A stretch of DNA of 64,000 bases from Mobula hypostoma (lineage: Eukaryota). Location of the stretch: NCBI RefSeq assembly GCF_963921235.1, contig NC_086108.1, forward strand, positions 81,160,001 to 81,224,000, given 5' to 3'. Below, piece after piece: positions 38,710 to 51,849 of the stretch (positions are counted from its first letter, which is position 1; every line of letters begins with the position of its first letter). Both the position numbers and the translations under genes were made by a program. The notes under the pieces are model-generated. The model made no database searches and was not told where the DNA came from. It saw nothing but the letters and a program-made list of their open reading frames with translations.

Positions 38710-40086
38710 ATGGATGTCCTGGGAGGTTGGTGCAATTTGAAGCGGTTATCCACAGTCATGTTTGTATTCTGAGCGGAGTGGATATTAGAATTCCCGATGA
38801 ACTGGTACTTAGAGTGCTGAGTTCTGTAAAATTATTGGGGAAAATTATGCTGATTGAATGGTGTTTTTATCAATCAGCGGTAAGGATGTCATGTTAGTCC
38901 AGGCTGCCAGTGACATAATTGAAGTCACACTGCCTGATAAGATAGAGGCACCTGGAGAGGCAGGGCCATGGCTTGTTCATCTAGTTTATATCTCTAGCGA
39001 AGGGGGGAATGTTGTTGAGGGTGAAGACGTTAAAGACAAGTTGTTCTCTTTCTGCGACGTGAGGAAAAGGAATTGTCTGATGTGAAAGGTTTAATGGATC
39101 TTTCAGCAGTTGATTTAAATTCTGAGCTGGTTTCAGCAATTATATCACTGGTTGATGAATGCCAAAGAGTACCTGTGGAAAGCCAAAGTTATTGTAGGCT
39201 GGGAATATTCTCTGGAGTCAAGCCCAGACCAGATGGGGAAGAAGAATATAAGGCTTGGGTGGAGCAGACATCTCAGTTATTGGGTGAATGGCAGTGCTCA
39301 GATAATATGAGAAAACAGCAACTGGTGGAGAGTAGAAAAGGTCAGGTTGCTGAGGTGGTGAGTTCCTTCAAGGCAGAAAACCCGTTGGTCATGTCCACGG
39401 ACTGTATGCAAGCATTAGAAAATGTTTTTGGCAAGTCGTACAGCCCAGCTGATTTTATGATAAAGTTTAGGCACCCATTCCAGGTGAGGGGGAGAAACTT
39501 TCTGCTGACATTTTCAGGCTAGAGAAACACTTGCATTGCTTGTGCCGTAAAGGGGCCATTCAAACGGCTGAGATAAATTAATGATGGGCAAGTTGTGAAG
39601 TTACATTGTCGCATGATGTGATTGCATTAAACATTCGAATGACTCGCAAGATGTATCCCCCTCCCTCGTTTGTTGAGCTGATCAGAGAAGTAAGAGAGGA
39701 GGAAAATACGATGGATGAGCGGGAGGCCTCCAGCAGTTGGACAATGTCCTCAGTAGTATCCTCTGTTGCTGAAGCAACCCTTGATGCCACACAAGCAGGG
39801 GTTTTATCAGATGAAGTGAAAATCCTGCAAGCCGAGATATCTCGGCTGATATCAGCTAGTGCAGCCACCTAGTGTAACAGGTCCAATAAGAAACCTGACC
39901 CACCTGTAGGACATTCTAAACAGAGGGATGCTTTTGACGAAGGAAGCGACTGGTATTTCTATTACATCTATGGGAAGGATGGACATTTCAAGCAGGAGTG
40001 TGAAAGACAGGAAGATCTTCGGAAAGTAGCCTGGCGGTTGCTTAAACAGAAAAGGAAGTCAGGAAACATTGGAGGGACCCAGTAAG
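38710..40086 (+). pseudogene. PNMA (paraneoplastic Ma)-like gag pseudogene
   Basis: YCRLGIFSG..PDGEEEYKAWVEQ..EWQCSD..KQQLVES.KG.., ALENVFG, PPSFVELIREVREEE; decayed zinc knuckle ..GKDGHFKQEC; frameshifts. Confidence 0.9.
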
Positions 40087-40186
40087 GGGATAGCCTGGCT
40101 TCAAATAGAGAATACATTCCAATCAATGTATCAAGGGAAACACTAAAGTGCAAAACCCTATTCCTGAAGGATTAGTGGGAGCAAGC

Positions 40187-41205
40187 TTGGATGATAAAGT
40201 GCCACACATGAGGCTGATTAGCAAGATAATATCATATGGTGTTACAGGAAATACACTGGCACAGATAGAGGAATGGCTGACAGGCAGCAAGTGGGAATAA
40301 AGGGGGCCTTTTCTGGTTGGCTGTCTGTGACTAATGCTGTTCCTCAGGGATCAGTATTGGGACTGATACTTTCATGTTCTTTGTCAATGATTTAGATAAT
40401 GAAATTGATGGCTTTGTGACAAAGTTTGTGGGTGAGACGAAGATAGCTGCAGGGGTAGGTAGTGCTGAGGAAGCAATGAGATTGAGGTAGGACTCAGACA
40501 AATTGGAAGGATGGGCAAAAAAGTGGCAGATGGAATACAGTGATGGGAAATGTACAATAACGCATTTTGGTAAAAAAAAGCAATAGTGCAGGCTGTTGTC
40601 CAAATGGGGAGAAGGTTCAAACATCAGCGGTACAGAGAGGCTTAGGAGTACTCGTGCAAGACTTCCAGAATATTAATTTACAGGTTGAGTCTGTGGTAAA
40701 AATGCAAATGCTATGTTGGCATTTATTTCAAGGAGAATAGAATGTAAAAGCAAGGAGATAATGCTGAGGCTTTATAAGACACTTCTCAGGTCACACTTGG
40801 AGTATTGTCAATAGTTTTGGGCCTCATGTCCCAGAAAGGATGTGTTGTCATTGGAGAGAGTCCAGAGGAGGTTCACAGGGATGACACTAGGAATGAAGGG
40901 CGCCTGGCAGCTTTGGGCCTGTACTCACTGGAATTTAGAAGACCGCATGGGGATCTCATTGAAATTTACCGAATGTTGAAAGGACTAGATAGGGTGGATG
41001 TGGAGAGGATGTTTCCTGTGACGGGGTTATCTAGAACTAGAGGACACAAATTCAAAATTATGGGGTGACTATTTAGAACACTGGTAAGGAGAATTTTCTT
41101 TTAGCCAGAGAGTAGTGAATCTGTGGAATGCTCTGCCACAGACTGCGGTGGAGGCTGAGTCCTTGGGTATAATCAAGGCAGAGGTGATTGCTTCTTAATC
41201 GATCA
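40187..41205 (+). mobile_element. CR1 RT fragment inside the provirus, lacking its 3' tail
   Basis: DKVPHMRL, PQGSVLG, LAALGLYSLEFRR..GDLIE; very similar to 61470-62460. Confidence 0.9.
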
Positions 41206-42065
41206 GGAGCCCCTATGTGTGGTGAGGAGGAAGAATGGTAAGGTACGAATGCATGCTATTAACGGACACCGAAGAGGTGTACAGTCCCAGACCAATGTAC
41301 TGTTCCATGGATCGAGAATGTTCTGGCCTGCCTGAGTGGAGCAAAGTGGTTCAGTACGTTGGACCTAAGGAGCGGGTATTATCACTTACCCACGAGTGAA
41401 GCTGATAAAGAGGTAATGGCATTCATGTGTCCACCTGGGTTCAGTCAGTTTGAAAAAATACCCCAGGGCATAGCAGGAGTGCTGGATGCTTTCCAACGTG
41501 TCATGGAGAAGACTGTTGTGGACATGAACTTGCTTGAGGTACGGGTGTACTTGGATGGTCTCATAGTGTTCTGGTCCACACTGGAGGAGCATGAAATGAT
41601 GCTACTGAAGGTGCTAGACTGTCTGAAAACTGAAAAAGTGCCAGTTCTGTAAGATGTCAGTAAACCATGTTGGATACATAGTCTCATAGGATGTAGTGGC
41701 TATGGATCCATCCAAGATAGAGGTGGTGACCACATGGCCAAGGATATGAATGTGAGTACCCTACGTTCATTCCTTGGATTCCGTGGGTACAACTAGAGAT
41801 TTATGAAGGACGACTCAGAGTAAGCCACCCTTTGAATCAGCTTCTGTGTGGTTACCCATCCTTGGGGAAGAAAGGAGAAGAGGCAAGGTTTATCTTAGCC
41901 CTTCGGAGACTTTCAGGGACAGATAGGATGCAAAATGTGAAGCAGCTTTTCAGCTGCTGAAAGAGTTGCTGACCAAAGCACCTGTGCTGGCCTTTGCAAA
42001 CCCCCATTTGCCATATGTACTGCATACAGATGCCAGCCATGAGGGCTTAAGAGGTTTTTAGATCA
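41206..42065 (+). pseudogene. Gypsy pol remnant (RT and RNase H start)
   Basis: VVRRKNGKVRM, LDLRSGYY, FEKIPQG, VYLDGLIVF (YLDD), APVLAFANP..YVLHTDAS. Confidence 0.9.
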
Positions 42066-42274
42066 GGACTAAAGTAAAGGTTTTCAGATAGACTGGCATA
42101 TGATGCTCCAGGGAAACAGTGTTCTGTCCATCCCAATAGTGAGATATGTTACTGCCGTTTACAAATGGATTGGAGGTCCTGTAATCATTAACTTCATTTG
42201 AATACTATGTTATTGATAATAGTTTAATAAGCTCCAAAGTCATGAGGACATGACTATTTGTGGTGGAGGGAGAG

Positions 42275-43048
42275 CGTACTGCCCTGGTTAAGATTTCTGC
42301 TGCTATGCTGTGAGGTAGTTTATTTTAGAAGCTTTCTGTAAAAGCAGTGAGGCCTGCTGGTAAGAGGGTTTTGGCTTCGGCTAAAGATAAAGACCCATGC
42401 TGTCCAACTTAGGAATGTAGTGCCAGCCAGTCAAGAGTGGGATGGCACAGAACAGTCTCGAGAGTTGGGTGGGGAGAGTTTTCTGAAGGACAGTAGCCTG
42501 GTTTGGGGTCCTTTGGCAGGAGCTGTACAGAGAAGAGCATTTAATCTGAAGGGGAGACCCTATTGCAAGGAGTGTTTTATGAGGCAGAGGATTCCAAGAA
42601 AGGAATTTCTACCTGTGGCTGGTGAGGAGAATTCAGCATTGTGAGTAAAACAACTCCCAGCTGCTACAAAAATGAGCTCCAATGTTTAAGTGCACAGTTA
42701 GAACAGTTTAAATGTAATGGGCCCTTTCATTTTTTTCTTTCTCTTTTTGCTGTTAGATAAAATTGAAAATTGGTAAATATACTTTCTTTATAATGTTATG
42801 CCGGTATATAACCTGGCATTTCTGGGCTACCGATAACTGTATATGGGCAGTGTTTACACAGCATTCACTCAGATTGAGGTTCATTTAATTGGAACATCCC
42901 AACATTCCCGTTTGGTGGAACCCCAGATCATACCGACCTAGACATATATTGCTTATAAAAGGTGGTCTTCTCACCGCTGAGTCGTGTGGCTTTTAGCGGA
43001 GTTAGCTAACGAGCCAGGTTGGTGTATGAGCCCGGTGAGAGGGTTACA
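42275..43048 (+). repeat. 3' LTR preceded by polypurine tract GGTGGAGGGAGAG
   Basis: CGTACTGCCCTGGTTAAG...GAGAGGGTTACA|TTTA. Confidence 0.93.
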
Positions 43049-43599
43049 TTTACAATAATTGAATGCTGCTGTTTTTTCGCCACACCACATACTAATACGA
43101 ATAAAATTGATTCTTGATCCTTGGTGATAGCCTGAAGTATGGTGAGCTTATGTTATCTGTTCTGCTGTAGAAGACTCAGATGGGACTTCGCTAAGACAGT
43201 TTACAGAAGAAGATTGAGAGGTCTACAGACCAAAATGCTTAGTGCTTTGATAGGTCTGGCAAAAAAAAAAGAACATTAATATCAAGGAGCGAGTAAAAGT
43301 CTGGGGCAAGTAGACACAGCTCTTTACACAAATCTTACCCTATTCTTTTAAAGAACGGTAGAAGATTATGGCATAGAAGAGAATCACTCAATCCACCATG
43401 CACGTGTCAACAAGGAAATAGTATCTGATACATTGCATATTTATATGCTTACTCATTATAGCACAGAAATAATCCAATCAGTCTACTCCACTTGTGTTCA
43501 GGACCATTCCAATGCCCCCTATTTCCCTATAATACAGCAATTTCTTCTCCCTCCCGTACCCATGAAATCCTTTTTAATTTGCTTACTACATACCCAAGC

Positions 43600-43790
43600 T
43601 AATAGGTAACTATTACACTGTAACCTATAAACCTACCAGCACATTTTGGGATGTGGTGGGAAACACAAACACTCAAAAGAAACACACGAGGTCACAGCGA
43701 TAATGTGCAAACTCTACACAGTTGGCACCTGAGATCAGTATCGAACCGGGATCCCTGGAGATGTGAAACACTGGGCTTCTGGATCCGAAT
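43600..43790 (-). mobile_element. V-SINE remnant
   Basis: GGGATGTGGTGGGAAAC..GGTCACAG..GTGCAAACTCTACACAG..ATCGAACCGGGATC (B box on the minus strand). Confidence 0.7.
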
Positions 43791-44548
43791 GTATTGCAGC
43801 CTCCCTCAGCTGGTGCTGCAGTATCTGTAGCACCAGTGCAGAGACAGCCCCCAACGTGGGCTTGCAATGTCGCCCAGTAATCCCTCCAGTAATCTTCTGG
43901 ATGCTCCAGCCCACATCACCAGCACCAGCTCCACTCAAGGCTTGGAGACAGGGAGTTCTGCGGCATGGGTGATAATTAGTTACAGCAAAGTGACAGGGCT
44001 TTGTCAGACATTGTCATTGGACAATGAAATGATGATCATTCCGAACCATCACTGGTCCGTCAGCTAAGTTTTATTAGGACAGGATCACTCTGAAAGAGAA
44101 GGTCTTTGCTCTGTCATTCTGCTTTGCATTTCAGACGACAGGCACAATTTTTCCATCCATGGTAGCAGACAGTGGGGTCACTATGGTCACCTGCCTTTTG
44201 CTAGTGTTTGTGGAACTAGGTACAGTATTTGAAACATGCCATAAGTTTGCCAGGATCTATTTGGGAGAAAACTATGTCCACATTCAAAGGGTTGTGTTCT
44301 TCTCCAATATGTCACCCTGATGATATGTTTCAGTGATTGACTCATATTGAGGAACATGAGGCAGAATAGAAAAGCTTGAGTTGGACTAATCCCAAATTTA
44401 TTTTAAGTGGAATCCAATGTGAATCAAAGTTTTGCAAATGTTCCTTTGACACTCCAAACGTGTGACATGAATTGAAGATAATTTGAAAGAAACCAAAGGA
44501 GTCAGAGCACAATCCTTTCCATATTTCCACACGACACAGAAAGAGGCC

Positions 44549-45470
44549 ATTTGAATTGAATTGAATTGACTTCATTTCTGACATCCTTCACATACATAAG
44601 GAGTAAAAATCTTTACATTATGTCTCCATCTGAATGTGCAATGTGCAAATTATAATAAATAGTATATACAGTAAGATATACAACAGAACAGTTAATATAG
44701 CTTAGAAATACAATTGCGTCACCATAAATTACGCACCTGTTGCTGTAAATATCCTGAATAGTGGGAAGTTCACATCTACAGATGCGCTGGGCTGTCCGTA
44801 CCCCTCTCTGCAGACACCTGTGGTTGAGGGAAGTACAGTTCCCATACCAGACAGCGATACAACGAGTCAGATTCTCTCAATTGTGCCCCTATAGAAAGTC
44901 CTCATGATCTGGGGACTCATGCCAAACTTCTTCAACTGTCTGAGGTACTGTTGTGCTTTTTCCACCACACAGCCAGTATGTACAGACCATGTGAGATCCT
45001 TGGTGTTGTGTATACCGAAGAACTTAAAGCTGTTCACCTTCTCAAACCCAGATCCATTTATGTCAATAGGGGTTACCCTGTCTCCATTCCTCCTGTAGTC
45101 CACAACCAGCTCCTGTTTTTGAAACTTTGAGGGAGAGGTTGTTTTCTTGACACCACTGTGTCAGGGTGATGACTTCTTCTCTGTAGGCTGCCTCATTATT
45201 ATTTGAGATAAGGCCAATCAATGTAGTATCATCTGCAAATTTAATTAGCAGATTGGAGCTGTGGATGGAGACACAGTCATGGGTGTACAGTGAGTAAAGG
45301 AGGGGGCTTAGGACACAGCCCTGGGGGGGGCTCCTGGGTTGAGGGTCAGAGGGGCAGGGGTGAGGGAGCCAACTCTTACCACCTGCTGGCGATCTGACAG
45401 GAAGTTCAGGATCCAGTTGCACAAGGCAGGGTGAAGGCTAAGGTCTCTGAGCTTCTTGTCAAGTCTGGAG
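44549..45470 (-). mobile_element. Rex1/Babar LINE 3' part with (AATTG)n tail
   Basis: [57 protein letters not shown]. Confidence 0.93.
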
Positions 45471-45755
45471 GGAAGTATGGCACCTGGAAAGTCTTCACTC
45501 TCCAGGGCGCAGGCCTGGGCAAGGTTGTATGGAAGACCAGCAGTTGCCCATGCTGCAAGTCTCCCCTCTCCACGACACCGATGTTGTCCAAGGGGAGGGC
45601 ATTAGGACTCATACAGCTTGGCACCAGTGTCATCGCAGAGCAATGTGTGATTAAGTGCCTTGCTCAAGGACACAACACGTTCCCTCGGCTGGGGCTCAAA
45701 CTCACGACCTTCAGGTCGCTAGTCCAATGCCTTAACCACTTGGCCACATGCCCAC
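45470..45755 (-). mobile_element. tRNA-derived SINE with CORE-like domain
   Basis: Minus strand GGGCATGTGGCCAAGTGGTTAAGG (A box)..GTGAGTTTGAGCCCC (B box)..GTGTCCTTGAGCAAGGCACTTAATC. Confidence 0.85.
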
Positions 45756-46782
45756 ATTTTAGTAATAATGACTACAAAAAAACTACTGGATGTTGTAAAT
45801 ATCCATTCTAGTTTAATAATATTCTATAGAGCATGAAACTTGGCTCCCTCCGCATGATTAATGTTTACAAAATGCCCCATGAAAGGGCTTACTAAGCCGC
45901 TCTAATTGTCACTGCTTCCCAGGGGCAGTTTGGAATGGCAATAAATGCCATCCCAAAATCCCTAAACATAAATAAATTAATAAAAAGGCTGGAACTGGAA
46001 AAAGTTAAAGAAAGTTAGAGAGCCTTTTCATGCCTACTAGCCGACATAATGAGAATTTCCAGGATTTCGTTTTTATTTCTAATTCTCAGCCACTGGAGAA
46101 TTTTGCTTTTGTTTCATCATAACATGGAAAAATGTGAGAGGGAGTATGTTCTTTATGTGCATATGGATAAATTTAAGGCTGAGCTAAAAGAAATGTCATA
46201 ATTTATGACCTAAATTAAATATTGATATTTTGCTCCTTCTGTGCATACTTTTACTCCCATGACATGGCTAGCACGCTGAGCAAAATTTTGTGCTGTGGCT
46301 GGAGGCACTAATAAAAGTAAATGTTTATTTGGAGTGCAGATCCAACCCAAGCGCCAACACAGTTCTGATGATCAGATGAGCATTTCTGTACAGTTCTCAA
46401 AGGAGACTCGCAGGAACAGAAAAGTTATCTTGCTACCTCAATCTTACAACCAGAATAATTGAAATGATTGGGAATTCTTTTATCTGGGATAACTTGTCAG
46501 CAAGCAGAACTTCCCTCAGTTCCAGATATTCCACCAAACTCTATGACTGTCAGCGCGACGACTGTGAACAAGTATCTTCATACAAACATGTATGAAAGCT
46601 TAAAGGACCATTGCGTGCTTGCATTTCTCAGCTACTTTGTGAAATCCTTCAATTGTTTTCCTCTTGCTTTACTTTCACTGGGCACCGCTAAGTTCCAGGA
46701 AGCCCAGGAACTCAAAGCTAACCTGAAAACATTGAATTAAGTTATTAACATATTTGAACTTACAACCCCCCTGAAGACAGTG

Positions 46783-48420
46783 AAGATTCAAGATTCTTTA
46801 ATGTCATTTCAAGTACACAAGTGTAAAGGAGAACAACATAATTGTTACTCCAGATCTGATGCAGCACAAAAAACACAACATAAGGTAAAAAACAGAATAA
46901 TAATGAAAAAATATAATAAATACAGCATAAAAACATAAGATAGCTTATATGCATAGATTGATTGTATGTCCACAAAGTGACGCTAGGCATAGCAGCGTTT
47001 GTACTTGAGGGATCGAATGGAAATTCTAATGTAGTGGTAGTGATGGTTGTGGTGGGATGGGTTAGTGGGTGGAGGTGTTGATCAGCCTTACTGCTTGGGA
47101 AAGTAACTGTTTTTGATACTATATAGTCTCCTCCCCTGCTGGGAGTGGGACAAACAAACCATGAGCAGGGTAGGGTGGGATCCTTCATGATATTATTGGC
47201 CCTTTTCCAGCACCTTTCTGTAAATATATCCTTGGTGATGGGTAGGCCAGTGCCAATGATGTATGGGCAGTTTTGGTATGGGGAGGTATGGGACCGCTTT
47301 GTTACTTATTACAGAGAGGCATCAGAGACAGTACGCAGAGGTGGTGTGCAGTCCAATGGCGGGTGATTGCCGTAGTCATTTTTCCTGTGATGGCAAGGTG
47401 CTGTTGGACATTGGTAATGTGGAATGCTGAAAAATGGTTCACTGGTTTATTGGCCGGACTGATGGCGGGGGAACAGCGCAGCCTCGGTTGTAGAGCAGAT
47501 GAGGCCTCACGCCGGGGTGTTGCCAGCTGTAGCAGGAGAGAAGACGCTGGAGGCAGTGTGACATGGCATCCATGCTGGCATCAGTGTTGCTCTCCAGTAT
47601 TTACTCAGTGGAAGACAAGCTGGATTGCATTCACCTCCAAACTGCTGCAGGAAAATTCTTGCCATGCATGCACTCAGGGACTTGGGCTATATTATATTTT
47701 TCGTATGTGACTATACGTTTACTGCTACATGTACCTTATATGTGCTACATGTGCCACGCTGTGTATGAGTATTAGTACTGTTTTTGAACCTTGGCCCGGG
47801 AGGAACATCGTTTCGTTTGGCTGTATGCATGGGTATTTACCGTATGTATGGTTGAATGACAATTAAACTTGAACTTAGACCAAGGAGTAGGAGTTTGTTC
47901 ACCAAGATCTGTTGGACAATAGTGTTGAATGCCGAAATGAGATCCAGAGACAGCATTCTGACATAAGTGTCCTTATTTTCTAGGTGCATCAGGGCTAGGT
48001 GCATGACAGATGCTGTGGTATCTGTTGTAGAGCGGTTCTGTCTGTATGCATATTGGTGAGAGTCCAATGTAGCAGGAATGGAATTTTTGATGTGTGCCAT
48101 TCAGAGCACCATGATGGTTGGCATCAGTGCCACTGGGTGGTAGTCATTTAGTTCTGAAGGTGTAGAGTTCTTTGGTAGAAGGACAATGTGGGGACAGCAG
48201 CCTGGATGAGTGATGTGTTGAAGATACCCATGAAGACATCACCTGAGTACTCAGTCTGCGTAGCTGCTTGGCCTGGCTGCGTTACGGGGGTTGACTCTCT
48301 ACAAGGTCCTTCTTACGTCAGCTGCTGTTACAGACAATGGCTGCTCACCTGGGACAGGGGTAGTTTTCATGGTCAGTGCTGCGTTGCATGCCTCGAAGCG
48401 TGCATAAAAGTTGCTTAGAG
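46783..48420 (-). mobile_element. Rex1-type LINE fragments with an opposite-strand short insert (about 47290-47877)
   Basis: LDSHQYAYRQNRSTTD..HLENKDTYVRML.LD.ISAFNTI at 47878-48100; 3' UTR and tail near 46783. Confidence 0.75.
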
Positions 48421-48864
48421 CAGCAGGGAGGGAGGTGTTACTGGCACAGTCGACACTGCTTTCCTTGCGTAGTGCCCTTTCCTGTAATTTCTCTGCAGCT
48501 TTAAATTTGCTTCACTTCTAACTTTTCCCAGTTCTCCTCCCCCACTTGCAGACGCTGCCTGACCTGCTGAGTGATTCCAGCATTCTCCTTTCTATTATTT
48601 GTTCTGCAGGAGCTGTGATCTGAATCAAAATTGGGAGATACATTAAGAACATTTGGCTGGCAACAATCATGTCATGGTTTTTCAGACTGCAAGCAGATAA
48701 GAGACTCAGAACAAAAAAAGGTAATTGTACTAAATGAGAAACAATTTTGGGTGGGCAAATGTGTTGTAACTCTGCAATTTAGAAATTGGTTCTATTTACA
48801 TACTATTTTCATGTGCAAGTTGAGGACATAAACCATATTATCTAGATTAGATTGCTGTCGCTAT

Positions 48865-49938
48865 TTTTGGAAAAAATTTTAGATTTAAATCTTTCTTAGA
48901 AAGGTGTTGTAGCAATTATTTATAATATAATTATGAACTTATGTCCTGATGTATCTAATAAAATTAAAACTGATTGGGAAAAGGAACTTAAGATCACAGT
49001 ACCGATTGAAAAATGGGAAAAAATTCTTTCATTAGTTAATTCATCTTCTATATGTGCTAAACATGCGTTGATACAGTTTAAAGTAGTGCACAGGACTCAT
49101 ATGTCCAAAGATAAATTATCTCGTTATTACTCTTATATAAATCCAATATGTGACAGATGTCACTCCGAGATAGCTTCTTTAACTCACATGTTTCGGTCAT
49201 GTCCTTTGTTGAAAAAATATTGGGAAGATATTTTTGATGTTATTTCAACGGTTTTGAATATAGACTTACAACCTCACCCAATTACTGCTATTTTTGGGTT
49301 ACCAATGATAGACTCAAATCATTTAACCTCTTCAGCTCGTCGGATGATTACATTTCTTACCTTAATGGCTAGAAGATCCATTTTGCTGAATTGGAAAGAG
49401 ACTAATCCTCCTACCATATTTCAGTGGTTTTCACAAACTATGTTGTGTTTAAATTTGGAAAAAATTGGAAGTGTTGTTTATGACCCTTCCATTAAATTCA
49501 AAAAGACTTGGAGGCTATTTATTCAGCATTTTCATATGATGTAATTTGACCATTTCCAAACTTATTTTACTTTTCTGTAGTGTTGGTTGAGAGGAGCGGA
49601 GTCGTCGACACTAAGGTTTTCTTTTCTCCCATTTTTTTTACATGTTAAAACAGCCCAGGTCTTTTTTTTAGTTTAGTTGATTAATTCAGTCTAGATTAGT
49701 ATTTTTTTGGGGGGGCGGGTTTATTATTTTTTTCCTTTTTCATGATTTTTGCTTAGATATTTTTCTTTGTTTTATATTATTCATTGGTATTTAATATGAT
49801 AGGGAGTTTTATCATTCAAGTATTATTTGGCTTTACAATCACTCATGTTAATTATAACAATGTATTCCCAATAACTTTGTACTACTACCATGTCATGTTT
49901 ATATCTTTATGAAACTAATAAAAAGATTGAAAAAGAAA
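48865..49938 (+). mobile_element. L1-clade LINE 3' end with 16-bp TSD
   Basis: ORF 48933-49544 with QFKVVHR and zinc finger ICDRC..SLTHMF.SC; AATAAA and A-rich tail; TSD AGATTGCTGTCGCTAT (48849-48864) / AGATTGCAGTAGCTAT (49939-49954). Confidence 0.95.
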
Positions 49939-50014
49939 AGATTGCAGTAGCTATCATTTCTGAGTGCACTTACCACCATGTGAAATTGACCCAAAGACTA
50001 CCTGTCATGAGTTA

Positions 50015-50275
50015 AAATCTGCAGATGCTGGAAATCCAAGCAACGCACACAAAATGCTGGAGGAACTCGGCAGGCCAGGCAGCATCCAGGGGGAAAAAAA
50101 GCACAGTTGGTGTTTCGAGCTGAGACCCTTCGGTAGGACTGGAGATAAAAAGCTAAGGAGTAGATTTAAAAGGTTGGGGGGGGGGAGGGCAGGGGAGAGA
50201 TAAGCACCAGGCGAAAGGTGAAAGAGACAGAAGGCCACGGAAGAAAGAAGGTGGGGGGGGGGTGTTGTGGTTACC
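50015..50275 (-). mobile_element. Single-arm Penelope terminal fragment
   Basis: Same arm sequence as the other copies; decayed hammerhead at 50104-50141; possible TSD TCATGAGTTA / TCATGAGCTA. Confidence 0.85.
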
Positions 50276-51025
50276 TCATGAGCTACCTCAGCATGGCTAA
50301 CATTTTTCTGAACTTTATCATGGACCCAGTGATATCACAAGTCATGTACCAAACATTTTTAGCATAAACTGAAGATTTGGGATAACTTATGGCTTTCAAA
50401 GAACATTCGCAATAGATGAGGTGCACATCACATAAAAAATCTGAAATGAGTCATCATTTAAAAGGTCTGCATTGCTACATTGATATCTTGCACAGAGCAT
50501 CCACCAACTTCTGTTTTTGGTGTTTAACATTGTAGGAAAAAAATAAATCAGCGATTGTCCCCTCATTATTCGCAGCCTTTTAATGCAACACACCTTAAAG
50601 CTGCATGTTGTAAATACCCGCCCGTTTGATCGTCCTGCACCCTCCTGTGATCACTTGTGGCATGAGGTTCGATTGGGTAAGACCATGCAGTCCTTGACTG
50701 AAAACACATGGCTTCCACTTCACTGTACGGCTCTCTTGTGCAAAATGCCTTTCCACTATATTTAATGTACTTTTGGCAAGTGTCACAGATTGTTGCAAAG
50801 GATTTAATTGAGGTAAATGCAGCATATACTTTGACCACCAAAAGAAGCATTGACTCAAATTTTCTAGGAGAATTTTGTTGACTAAACCACAAAAAATGTT
50901 TTATAAAATCCATTAAAATATAATCTCTGCCAGCATCAAGTTCAACAACATGAAATGGTTGGATGTGGATTTAATTTCAATATTTAAGAGAAGTTTGGAA
51001 AAGTACAGAGATGCAAGGAGTATGA

Positions 51026-51690
51026 ATTAGATTAGATTATGAGGACACTCAGTCCTCGTTTATTGTCATTTAGAAAATGCATACATTAAAAAATGATACA
51101 ATGTTCCTCCAGAATGATATCACAAGAAACACAGGACAAACCAAGACTAAAACTGACAAACACACATAATTATAACATATAGTTACAACAGTGCAAAGCA
51201 ATACCGTAATTTGATAAAGAGCAGACCATGGGCACGGTAAAAAAAGTCTCAAAGTCCCGATAGCCTCATCATCTCACGCAGACAGTAGAAGGGAGAAACT
51301 CTCCCTGCCATGAACCTCCAAGCACCGCAAACTTGCCGATGCAGCACCATTGGAAGCACCCGACCACAGCGGACTCTGAGTCCGTCCGAAAACTTCGAGC
51401 CTCCGACCAGCCCTCCAACACAGCCTCTCCGAGCACCATCCTCTGCCGAGCGCTTCAGCCCCGCCCTGGCTGCGAGCAACAAGCAAAGCCTTCCCCTCCA
51501 GAGATTCTGGACCACACAGTAGCAGCAGCAGCGAAGCAGGCATTTCAGAAGTTTCACCAGATGTTCCTCCATGCTCTCACGTCTGTCTCCATCAAATCGT
51601 TCACGGCACCCTACTTGACAAATAACAGACATCACCACCAGAGTGGCCGCTGCGAGCTGCGTCACACCGCCATCTTCTTCTCCCTCCCTC
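51026..51690 (-). mobile_element. Non-autonomous LINE derivative (Rex1/L2-like 5' UTR plus 3' tail) inserted in a CR1 3' end
   Basis: GC/CpG-rich; minus-strand start GAGAAGAAGATGGCGG; AATAAA then (AATCT)n tail. CR1 3' sequence lies on both sides. Confidence 0.7.
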
Positions 51691-51849
51691 GAATCTAGCT
51701 GCAGGGTGATGGGACTAGACAGAAAAACAACTCAACTTTTACTAGATAGGCTAAATGTCCTTTCCCTATGTTAGAAACATAGTTGTGGTGCTCTATGATT
51801 CTAACTTGGTTCTGAATATCCAGGATATGGTGAAAGCGATCCTACTTTG

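Larger units (their letters stand above)
37794..43048 (+). mobile_element. Degenerate Gypsy LTR retrotransposon with PNMA-like gag
   Basis: LTRs at 37794-38561 and 42275-43048; TSD TTTA on both sides; PBS, PPT, gag, RT and RNase H remnants. Inserted into a Rex1-like 3' UTR. Confidence 0.95.

Noticed and set aside
40058..40072. Gag-pol -1 slippery site (CAGGAAAC)
   Set aside because: Position is plausible but it is not a canonical XXXYYYZ heptamer in this decayed copy.
48933..49544. 203-aa clean ORF as a domesticated gene
   Set aside because: C-terminal part of L1 ORF2 within a TSD-bounded, 5'-truncated insertion.
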